Shown one piece after another: positions 9,692 to 16,944 of a stretch of DNA of 54,743 bases. The translations under genes were made by a program, and so were the position numbers. This stretch comes from Acidobacteriaceae bacterium (GTDB lineage: Bacteria > Acidobacteriota > Terriglobia > Terriglobales > Acidobacteriaceae): NCBI GenBank assembly GCA_025357215.1, contig JANXPR010000473.1, positions 1 through 54,743 of the forward strand, in the 5' to 3' direction. Below the pieces are notes generated by a model. That model made no database searches, was not told the DNA's origin, and worked only from the letters and a program-made list of their open reading frames with translations. Position 1 is the first letter of the stretch. Each line of letters opens with the position of its first letter.

Positions 9692-10348
9692 TCACTTCTT
9701 CTCCGGTTTGGCGTCCGCGCCCTTCTCTTGGCCGAGAACAGTTTGCAGCGGGTCAGTGAGTCCGCCTTCATGTATCCATTTCATGGCATCCTCAATGATG
9801 TACCTGCTGGTATGGCACTTGATGGGGATTCCGTAGAGCGTATGACACAAACCCTTTCGTTGGAAATTGTGCAACACGGACCATTTTGTGTCAGCAATCT
9901 TTGTTGTCACGGAAAGTGTAAAAATAGGGTAATCGAAGGACTCAGGAACAGCTGTTGTTGTTGTCACTTCTTGATTCCCCTTGATGGTGGCTGTATTGCC
10001 GGCGTCGTCCCGCACCTCGCCCTTGATTGGCTCAGAATGGGTTTCCTGTGACGTACGATATCCGTGGTGGGTGTCCTTTGTCATCGCTATCCAAAAGACG
10101 AGATGAACGGACGGGTCGGGCTGAGCATAGCAAACGCCGGGATATTTCTTCTGCATTTTTTCCTGCATCCACTTGGCATCATCTTTTGACAGTCCCTGCT
10201 TGATATTGTTGAGGTGGTCTTTCCAAACAACGGAGAAATACGTCTTGCAGTTTGTGTCAGCTTTCGCCTGGCCCGTGCAGGGTATGGCGAGAAAGGAAAA
10301 CAACAGTGCTTTCAAAAGAGCACTAACTCGCAACGAACCAGTACACAT
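9692..10348 (-). CDS. Hypothetical secreted protein (218 aa)
   Basis: Start set at the internal ATG 10348 (GGAG 8 nt upstream), which gives a signal peptide MCTGSLRVSALLKALLFSFLAIPCTGQAKA. Lower GC than its surroundings and no recognised domain. Confidence 0.55.
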   Translation of the reverse strand: MCTGSLRVSALLKALLFSFLAIPCTGQAKADTNCKTYFSVVWKDHLNNIKQGLSKDDAKWMQEKMQKKYPGVCYAQPDPSVHLVFWIAMTKDTHHGYRTSQETHSEPIKGEVRDDAGNTATIKGNQEVTTTTAVPESFDYPIFTLSVTTKIADTKWSVLHNFQRKGLCHTLYGIPIKCHTSRYIIEDAMKWIHEGGLTDPLQTVLGQEKGADAKPEKK

Positions 10349-10730
10349 TTGGGCTCCTTCACAGCATGGTAATCGTATCCGCGCGATGGAGGAGTGTCTA
10401 GCGGAAACAGAGGCTGGGATCCCACGTTTTGATTGGTTCTTTCGAGGCCTTACGATAGCGCGGGTGCACCGTTCCGCGGGTGGCCCACGCTTTCGCCCGC
10501 TGTTGGCGAAGCGTGGGAAGTGAGAGTTGTGTTCCAAGACAGCGCAAGATACAGTGCTGCCGGCATGCCTTCACGATTGCAGCCGGGCATTCCATGGTTC
10601 GGGTTCCTCCGGCTACGTCGTCTCCCGTCGCAGGCTCCACAGTCCGCGCGCTGAGAGGATGAGGGAGAACATCCCAGTCACGCCCAGCGCAAGGAGCGAC
10701 CGGATGAGCCGGGCATACATGAGACCCGCT

Positions 10731-11048
10731 TCACCCCTGGCGGAGATGCCGCCGCGACGTTTTCGTCTCCGCGCGTTTCTTCTTCGCCTTGGCAGGCGGA
10801 GGCTCTTCTCCCGGCGCTTAGAACTTGCGCACGATGGGCGGATTGAACTTGTACATCTGCTCACGCGGTTTGCCGTCGTCGTTTTTCACATGGAGCTTGA
10901 AGGTGAGCAGCGTGCCTTCTCTGCCGCCAAAATCCTGTTTGCCCAGGGTCACCGGCAGTGATCCGGTCATGGTTTTTTCGCGATACGCCGTCTCATAGCG
11001 ATGCTTGCCGGGTGCCTCATCCTTGCGGAGAAGCTGGCATTTGCTTTT
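10731..11048 (-). pseudogene. Truncated, nonsense-containing fragment paralogous to the 3' end of the SH3-lipoprotein gene at 12985..14097
   Basis: The minus-strand frame reads ...KHRYETAYREKTMTGSLPVTLGKQDFGGREGTLLTFKLHVKNDDGKPREQMYKFNPPIVRKF*. The intact gene reads ...KHRYETAYREKNMNASLPVTLGKQDFGGREGTLLTFKLHVKDDDGKAREQMYKFNPPIVRKFYAPGEEPP.... The fragment has TAA where the intact copy has TAT. There is no upstream start, and an in-frame stop lies at 11049-11051. Confidence 0.8.
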
Positions 11049-11176
11049 TCAGCTTCGAAGCAAGGGTGGGATTAGATGAGCGTGACCCCGACATTGTTTT
11101 CCACCGTGGTGAATTCGAGATCATCTTCTCCCACCCTTCGCAAAAACGCGAAGGATGGTGCACCCGGCTTCCAACA

Positions 11177-11410
11177 TCATTTGTATCCCGGCCAGTTTTT
11201 CTGGACGTCCGCAATCTTGGCGCGCAGTTCTTCTTTTGATTGGGCTTCCGGGGATACAGCCGGTGCCGGCAGGGACGAGTTCTGCCGCTGCATTTCCGCC
11301 AGAATAGCTTTCAATGTGCCGTCAATACTGAAGAGCCGCAGTTGGGCAATGATCAGAACAATGCCAATGATCAGGGTGAGGATTGAAACGATAGCTCCTA
11401 TACCTTCCAT
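11177..11410 (-). CDS. Small membrane protein (77 aa), last gene of the ECF sigma module
   Basis: N-terminal TM helix GIGAIVSILTLIIGIVLIIAQL. Same strand as, and just downstream of, the anti-sigma-like gene. Confidence 0.5.
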   Translation of the reverse strand: MEGIGAIVSILTLIIGIVLIIAQLRLFSIDGTLKAILAEMQRQNSSLPAPAVSPEAQSKEELRAKIADVQKNWPGYK

Positions 11411-11460
11411 GTAGGTTCCCTCCCGGGGGCCGCTATCCTACATTTATGGTTATGAAGAAC

Positions 11461-11829
11461 TCAAGTACGCGATACCCGTCCGCTACGCAGGAATATCACT
11501 ACCGCTGAAACTACGGCGACCGCAACTATCAGCGCCAACAGAATTCCTCCTTGTGTAATCGACGCGCCCAACTTCGAGTTCGCCACCAGCGCGGCAATTA
11601 GTACGCCCACGCCAAAGGTTGTCACCAGCATCCGCATGATCACCATGGGACGCTCGATCCGCTCTTTCTGTTCCAGCTTCTTCAATATCTGCGCGCGCCA
11701 CCAGATCAAACCCGCACTAGTCCGCGGCGCCGGATGACTGGCCGCCATCTGCTTGATCAGCGAATCGAGTTGCAAATCACGATTCGCGATGTCCTTATTC
11801 ACATCATTACTCTTCTCTTCATCAAACAT
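11461..11829 (-). CDS. Putative membrane-anchored anti-sigma factor
   Basis: Its start overlaps the sigma gene stop by 8 nt (ATGTTTGA), which suggests translational coupling. It has a cytoplasmic N-terminus and two TM helices. The function is assigned from position only. Confidence 0.55.
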   Translation of the reverse strand: MFDEEKSNDVNKDIANRDLQLDSLIKQMAASHPAPRTSAGLIWWRAQILKKLEQKERIERPMVIMRMLVTTFGVGVLIAALVANSKLGASITQGGILLALIVAVAVVSAVVIFLRSGRVSRT

Positions 11830-12397
11830 GGGAACCTCTGAACCCTGCTTTTTCCAGCAGATCTTTCGCCTTCTCCCGCGCGCGGAACACTATCACCTTC
11901 ACGCTTTGTTCCTTCACGCTGAGAATCGCTCCAATTTCCTTGTGACTTAATTCTTCCACGTGCGCCAGCCATAGCACGGCTCGTTCCTGCGCGCTCAGTT
12001 GGTCGAATAACGCTTCCATGTCCACGGACAGATTGAAATTCTGGTGGATCTCTTCCGTCGCGGGATTAAGTTCGGTCCACTCGCGCTCGCGTTTCTGCCG
12101 CCGCCATAGATCACGCAGGATGTTTGTTGCCGTGGTGTAAAGATACGCCTTGCGCGCGGCTTCTTCCTTGCTCGAATCCATCGCTCCGATCACGCGGATG
12201 TACGCGTCTTGTAACACTTCTTCCGCCGTCGCGGGATCGCGGCTCAGGCGACATAGGTAGCCATGCAACTGCCGCGACGTCCGCAGGTAGAACGCCTCAA
12301 ACTCCACCTGAGCGGCAGACTCGGCCGTGATCTCGGCTTGTTTAGCGCGCTCTTCAGTCATCGCCAACCACCGTGCTCCAATTGCGGCGAATACCAC
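11822..12397 (-). CDS. ECF-subfamily RNA polymerase sigma-70 factor
   Basis: Region 2 (EEVLQDAYIRVIG, YLYTTATNILRDLWRRQKRE) and region 4 (LSAQERAVLWLAHVEELSHKEIGAILSVKEQSVKVIVFRAREK). ATG 12361 is an alternative start. Confidence 0.9.
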   Translation of the reverse strand: MVFAAIGARWLAMTEERAKQAEITAESAAQVEFEAFYLRTSRQLHGYLCRLSRDPATAEEVLQDAYIRVIGAMDSSKEEAARKAYLYTTATNILRDLWRRQKREREWTELNPATEEIHQNFNLSVDMEALFDQLSAQERAVLWLAHVEELSHKEIGAILSVKEQSVKVIVFRAREKAKDLLEKAGFRGSHV

Positions 12398-12400
12398 GGT

Positions 12401-12835
12401 CTACTCCTGCTCTTTGCCGATTTTTTTTGCCAGAAAGAATGAGACCACGGCGGAAGCAAGGAATCCGCCTCCCGCCAGAAACAATACGCAGCCGACCCGA
12501 TAGCTTAAGGTATCTGAACCTTGGCCACCCGCCAGAAACCCGGCTCCAGCGAAGGCGATAACAAAGCCCGCTCGAACCGCATTCAGGATTGCGCCGCGTG
12601 GACTGGTAACCTGGTCGGTCAGGCTGGTCACATACTTTTGTCCCGCCGGCGACTGCATGAACTCGGCAAAATCGTGGGCCGTGGCAAACTTCTCCAGCAG
12701 CGCTTTTTGCATCCCCATCTGCTGTCTGCGCCGCAATGAAGTTGCCACGATGTAGCCAAGCCACGCAATTGTTCCAATAAACGTGAGCAGTATGACCCAT
12801 TCTTTTATCTGACTGTTGAGTGCAAATGAATCCAT
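12401..12835 (-). CDS. Membrane protein of unknown function, first gene of the ECF sigma operon
   Basis: 144 aa with an N-terminal TM helix and Gly-rich C-terminal TM helices. SD GGAGGAAAG precedes the ATG. Its stop lies 4 nt before the sigma ORF. Confidence 0.6.
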   Translation of the reverse strand: MDSFALNSQIKEWVILLTFIGTIAWLGYIVATSLRRRQQMGMQKALLEKFATAHDFAEFMQSPAGQKYVTSLTDQVTSPRGAILNAVRAGFVIAFAGAGFLAGGQGSDTLSYRVGCVLFLAGGGFLASAVVSFFLAKKIGKEQE

Positions 12836-12855
12836 ATGATCTTTCCTCCGGCTCT

Positions 12856-12884
12856 AGTACGAACCAGCAGGGCACAAGGTTAAC
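12856..12884 (-). promoter_or_regulatory. Candidate ECF-type (autoregulated) promoter GTTAACC-N-CGTACT
   Basis: The minus strand reads TGTTAACCttgtgccctgctggttCGTACT, about 20 nt upstream of ATG 12835. AAC-N17-CGT matches the general ECF -35/-10 pattern. Confidence 0.35.
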
Positions 12885-12984
12885 AGGGCTTTTTGCGGAA
12901 AATGGCGGGAAATAGCAGGGCTAGGAGAATTAGGGAAATACGTCTGAAGGGACGACAGGGTCGCTTCGCCGCTCTTTGCTGGCT

Positions 12985-14097
12985 TTAGCCGCGACGGCGT
13001 GTACGCTTGGTGTCCGCGCTTTTCTTCTTCGTCTTGGCCGGAGGAGGCTCTTCTCCCGGGGCATAGAATTTGCGCACGATCGGCGGATTGAACTTGTACA
13101 TCTGTTCGCGCGCTTTGCCGTCGTCATCTTTCACATGGAGCTTAAAGGTTAGCAGCGTGCCTTCTCTGCCGCCAAAGTCCTGCTTGCCCAGCGTCACCGG
13201 AAGCGATGCGTTCATGTTCTTTTCACGATACGCCGTCTCGTAGCGATGCTTCCGCGTGTTCCATGTGTAAACGCGGACCTGGCTGAAGTCATACGGCAGG
13301 CCGTCTTTATTCTCAGTGAGCAACGCCAGGTATTCAGGGACTTTCTTGTCGCCATCCTGTACCTGGTCCAGGGGGAACGCGCCAATCACCCGCGAGCCTT
13401 CGGCATACTGTGCAATTTCCAATGGGATGTCCAGGTACAAAGCCCGGCCCAGCACCCAGCCCACGCGATTTTGCGGGTCGCGCACCAGCCACCAGTCTTC
13501 CATCACCACCTCGGGTCCGGCTGTGTCTTTATCGTCATCGCTGTCGGAATCTGTATCTTTGTCTTTATCCTTATCTTTATCCCTCAATTGCGCTGGGGTG
13601 GCGTTACGCGCGGCGGCACGACGCTCCAGCAAATCAACTTTCTGCTTTTCGTTGAGTAAATAAAGGTAGCCGGCTTTCCGTCCGGGAAGCACGTGGACTT
13701 TTACTTGCACTTCAACCGTTGCGGTCGCCTGGGGTGGCGCCGTTTTGTATTGGTCGGCCAGGCGTTGGAACTGATCAAAGGTTGGCTGGTCCGTAAGGAA
13801 GCGTTCCTGTATCCAACCTTCTTCGCCGCGCGGCGTCCGCACCCGAACAAACCGCCGGTTCTGTATGCGCTCCAGCACCTGCAACCGCTCGCCGTTATGG
13901 ACGAGCCCAGTCTTGTTGTAGATGGTGGAAACGTGGTCGCGGAGAGAAGCGTCCGGCACAGCGACGTATAGATACTCCGCCCTATCGGACGTCCCGCCGC
14001 CGCACCCGGCGGCCCCGAGCAGACCTGCCATAACGGCTGCCGCGCAGACAAAACCGCGCGCGCGTCCGGCGACCCGCCTTATGACTTGGAATTGCAT
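12985..14097 (-). CDS. Lipoprotein with bacterial SH3-like repeats and an acidic Asp/Lys low-complexity linker
   Basis: Start set at ATG 14097, which gives a lipobox LLGAAGCGG. SH3b-like segments are RFVRVRTPRGEEGWIQERFL and WWLVRDPQNRVGWVLGRALYL. The linker reads DKDKDKDKDTDSDSDDDKD. Confidence 0.65.
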   Translation of the reverse strand: MQFQVIRRVAGRARGFVCAAAVMAGLLGAAGCGGGTSDRAEYLYVAVPDASLRDHVSTIYNKTGLVHNGERLQVLERIQNRRFVRVRTPRGEEGWIQERFLTDQPTFDQFQRLADQYKTAPPQATATVEVQVKVHVLPGRKAGYLYLLNEKQKVDLLERRAAARNATPAQLRDKDKDKDKDTDSDSDDDKDTAGPEVVMEDWWLVRDPQNRVGWVLGRALYLDIPLEIAQYAEGSRVIGAFPLDQVQDGDKKVPEYLALLTENKDGLPYDFSQVRVYTWNTRKHRYETAYREKNMNASLPVTLGKQDFGGREGTLLTFKLHVKDDDGKAREQMYKFNPPIVRKFYAPGEEPPPAKTKKKSADTKRTRRRG

Positions 14098-14258
14098 TGG
14101 ATTCCTGAACCACAAATATAGCAGCCTTCCGCGCCGGGAAACAGATGACGCGAAAGTGTCCAGCTGGACATGCGGCAACAGGATGGCGGACGCAGGCCTC
14201 CGCTGCCACTGGCCAATGTACCTTGACTGATTTGTGGTTGAGTGCAGCCTGCCGTCAG

Positions 14259-14393
14259 CTACTTGGCCGGGGCGGCGGACTTGGCGGTGGTCTTTGCGGG
14301 CGCTTTCAGGCTGGCGCGGAGTTCGCGGTTTCTTTCGCGCTTCTTGGCGTTGGATTTGTTACGGGTGTTTTCCCGCGCATTCAATTTCGGCAT
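14259..14393 (-). CDS. Very small, highly basic protein (44 aa)
   Basis: MPKLNARENTRNKSNAKKRERNRELRASLKAPAKTTAKSAAPAK, with SD AAGGAG 7 nt upstream of ATG 14393. The longer track ORF (to 14534) has no such signal. Confidence 0.55.
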   Translation of the reverse strand: MPKLNARENTRNKSNAKKRERNRELRASLKAPAKTTAKSAAPAK

Positions 14394-14478
14394 GGTAAGA
14401 CTCCTTGAGTACACCTTGATCCTACCCTCTTCAGGCGCGCTGCGCCGGAAATCGCCGAATAAAGTGGTGTTGGGGTAG

Positions 14479-14754
14479 TCAAAGTTGGCACCCACCTGAC
14501 ACGCGAGATAGCCCGCGAAACAGACTCTGTCCAATATGTTTAAGGAGCATGATCGCCATCCACAGGCAAAAGCCGATGGCTAATGTAAGCACGGCGGCAG
14601 CGGGATCTTCAAAAATTCCTCCCACGAAGTCAAAGAAGCCCTCACCTAAATCGAAGGAGAACCTTTTGCCGGCGCCAGAGCCAGCACTCCAGACACCCAG
14701 CACCAACAATACCGCTGGAACCGCGATTGGCAGGACTCGCTCCAAGATCGCCAT
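14479..14754 (-). CDS. Hypothetical two-TM membrane protein (91 aa)
   Basis: The internal ATG gives MAILERVLPIAVPAVLLVLGVW...LTLAIGFCLWMAIMLL. There is no clear SD. Confidence 0.3.
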   Translation of the reverse strand: MAILERVLPIAVPAVLLVLGVWSAGSGAGKRFSFDLGEGFFDFVGGIFEDPAAAVLTLAIGFCLWMAIMLLKHIGQSLFRGLSRVSGGCQL

Positions 14755-14836
14755 ATAAAGGAGAGACGAAGCTCGGACAGGCCTATTTCGGACGCGGTTG
14801 AATTTTTTTCCCGATAACCGGGGACCAAGATGGCGA

Positions 14837-15283
14837 CTAATTCGGCTTTTCCCGTTTCCGGGGATTCTTGATGCGCTCGTCGATCGGCCTGCGTCCACGG
14901 AAGCCTTCTTCCAGGCCGTGCCAGTATTCGAGTTTTTCTTCGCCGTACTTCCAGCACAACAGTACAATCTCGCCTTCAACCACGCAGGGAAAATCCAGCA
15001 GACCGATGTCCAGGTCCTTTACCTGTACGCCAATGGAATCGATTTCCGCCAGAGCGTCTTTGGTTTGTTGTAAGACCTGTTCGCGCTGGGTGAGACGTTT
15101 CATGCGTGCGACAATGTCCACGTGAAATCCGCCGCTCACTAGAATGCGCCGCTGCAATTCCTGCGATTCTCTCTCGATCTGTTCCAGGGTCCGCTTGCCG
15201 TCCATGGCGACCTTGAATAGAGACTTGAGAACAGGAAGCAACGATTGCGCTTCTTCGAAGGTAAATGTCTTCATTTTGTCCAT
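14837..15283 (-). CDS. DUF2203-like protein
   Basis: Start at MDKMKTFTFEEAQSLLPVLKSLF.... The motif DLDIGLLDFPCVVEGEIVLLCWKYGEEKLEYWH is typical of this family. Confidence 0.7.
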   Translation of the reverse strand: MDKMKTFTFEEAQSLLPVLKSLFKVAMDGKRTLEQIERESQELQRRILVSGGFHVDIVARMKRLTQREQVLQQTKDALAEIDSIGVQVKDLDIGLLDFPCVVEGEIVLLCWKYGEEKLEYWHGLEEGFRGRRPIDERIKNPRKREKPN

Positions 15284-15426
15284 TTTTTCGCTACGCTCCA
15301 ACCCGCTCGACAGCCTCGCCCGCACCGAAGGCATTTCGGCGCTTGAATCAACTGGCTCAGCGCGCTAGTCGGCCTCGCCAGTTTTTCTCCGTGCCTCCAC
15401 GTCTACTTGCTTGGTTTTGGTTTTTA

Positions 15427-15458
15427 AATTACCCGATTACCAAATTACTCAATTACCA
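15427..15458. repeat. 8-bp tandem repeat x4 (ATTACCNN)
   Basis: ATTACCCG ATTACCAA ATTACTCA ATTACCAA, immediately 3' of the nadA stop. Confidence 0.8.
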
Positions 15459-15464
15459 ATTCCT

Positions 15465-16598
15465 TTACCGCACTTCCAGCATCCGGTCCAGCGCTACTTT
15501 CGCCCAGTGCTTCACATCGTCAGGGACTTGAATCCGATTCACCACTTGTCCCTCCACCAGGTTTTCCAGCGTCCAGCACAAATGCTGCGGTGAGATGCGG
15601 AACATGGTGGTGCACAGGCAACCGGAGTCATCCAGGGTAATCACTTTTTTGTTTTCAGGCGCAAACTCCTTGCCCATGCGGTTCACCAGATGGATCTCCG
15701 TTCCCACCGCGAATTTGCTGCCGGCTGGCGCGTCTTTGATCATCTTGATGAGACCTTCGGTGGAACCGATGCCGTCCGCCTTCTGGCAGACTTCCCATCG
15801 GCATTCCGGATGGACGATGACTCTAATATCCGGATACTTTTCGCGGACGCGGTCCACATGCTCCGGCAAAAATCTCTGGTGAACGGAGCAGTGCCCCTTC
15901 CACAGAATCACTTTTGCCGCGCGCAGTTGTTCCGGCGTTAATCCGCCCAGGACCTTGAACGGGTCCCAGACGACGCAGTCTTCCAGCGGAATGCCCATGG
16001 CGTAGGCCGTGTTGCGTCCCAGATGCTGGTCCGGTAGAAAGAAGATCTTTTCGTTGCGCGCGAACGCCCACTTGAAAGCCGCACCGGCATTTGACGACGT
16101 GCAGACCAGTCCGCCGCGTTCGCCGCAAAATGCTTTGATCGCCGCTGTGGAATTCATATACGTCAACGGCGTAATTCCCTGGCCCTGTTCATTGGTCAGT
16201 CCGGCTTTTACAAACTCTTCCCACGCGGCTTCCACTTGGCCAATCTCCGCCATGTCGGCCATGGAACAGCCTGCGTTCAGGTCCGGCAGGATCACTTGCT
16301 GGCCGCTTTGGCCCAACACGTCCGCGCTTTCCGCCATGAAATGCACGCCGCAGAAGACCACGTAGTCGGCCTTGGTGCGCCCGGATTCCTGAGAAAGTTT
16401 GTAAGAGTCGCCGCGAAAATCGGCAAAACGGATCACTTCATCGCGCTGGTAATGATGGCCCAGCACGACCACGCGGTCGCCCAGGGCTTGTCTGGCCGCA
16501 CGAATGCGCGCGTCCATGGATTTGTCGGGGAGTACGAGATAGTTTTCCAGCGAACAAGTCTCAACTCGCTCGCCAACTGGAGCAATTACGGTCGCCAT
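15465..16598 (-). CDS. nadA: Quinolinate synthase NadA
   Basis: NadA motifs VFCGVHFMAESADVL, NAGCSMADMA, HPEC and GCLCTTMFRISPQHL. Start set at ATG 16598 because the track's upstream extension (to 16697) overlaps the riboswitch. Confidence 0.93.
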   Translation of the reverse strand: MATVIAPVGERVETCSLENYLVLPDKSMDARIRAARQALGDRVVVLGHHYQRDEVIRFADFRGDSYKLSQESGRTKADYVVFCGVHFMAESADVLGQSGQQVILPDLNAGCSMADMAEIGQVEAAWEEFVKAGLTNEQGQGITPLTYMNSTAAIKAFCGERGGLVCTSSNAGAAFKWAFARNEKIFFLPDQHLGRNTAYAMGIPLEDCVVWDPFKVLGGLTPEQLRAAKVILWKGHCSVHQRFLPEHVDRVREKYPDIRVIVHPECRWEVCQKADGIGSTEGLIKMIKDAPAGSKFAVGTEIHLVNRMGKEFAPENKKVITLDDSGCLCTTMFRISPQHLCWTLENLVEGQVVNRIQVPDDVKHWAKVALDRMLEVR

Positions 16599-16599
16599 T

Positions 16600-16720
16600 T
16601 TTTCCGCCTTCAGTTCCCACCGGCTTGATGCCGCGGGAACGGGGATGTTGAAAGCATCCGCGGGCTCCAGTAGATTCACTGCGCGTTTCGCGCCCAATCC
16701 ACGGGGTTGTTGAAGCCCAC
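16600..16720 (-). ncRNA. NAD+-I riboswitch (nadA motif), two tandem domains
   Basis: The minus strand reads GGGCUUCAACAACCCCGUGGAUU-GGGCGCGAAACGCGC-AGUGAAUCUACUGGAGCCC, followed by GCUUUCAACAUCCCCGUUCCC...GGGAACUGAAGGCGGAAAAA-AUG. The box UUCAACA(A/U)CCCCGU is repeated, closing stems are present, and the second domain's 3' strand overlaps the SD (GAAGGCGGA). Confidence 0.8.
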
Positions 16721-16944
16721 AGTCTTACTCGTTTCTTTTGATGCCTATCGGCCGGGTTTCGACACAAACCTTTTGGGAGCAAGATTGCCACCACAAAAGC
16801 TGCCTAACCGCCGAAAAACACTGGGGTATTCTGCCATCGAGCGCCCCCGTAGCGCAAATAAAGGCGTAAAACGGGCGGACGCAAATCCGCGGCGGCAAAC
16901 CCGGTAAGGGGGCTATCGGCAAAATCCAGCAAAAACTCCGGGCT

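Noticed and set aside
10527-10961. 144-aa plus-strand ORF, with the minus-strand ORF 10613..10864.
   Set aside because: Both overlap the truncated gene fragment or its out-of-frame shadow. The Arg-rich, low-complexity translation is an artefact of the duplicated sequence.
13524-13582. Repetitive GAT/AAA-rich DNA encoding DKDKDKDKDTDSDSDDDKD, considered as a possible slippage or phase-variation tract.
   Set aside because: The codon repeats are imperfect with no long identical units. It is more likely a disordered acidic linker. The same applies to the Pro/Thr linker DNA at about 32079-32140.
15400-15470. Possible CRISPR array or other spacer-repeat structure among the short tandem repeats here, and also at 8476-8540 and 35725-35875.
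   Set aside because: The units are only 8-19 bp and directly abutting, with no unique spacers, and no cas genes are nearby. They are micro- or minisatellite-like repeats, not CRISPR.
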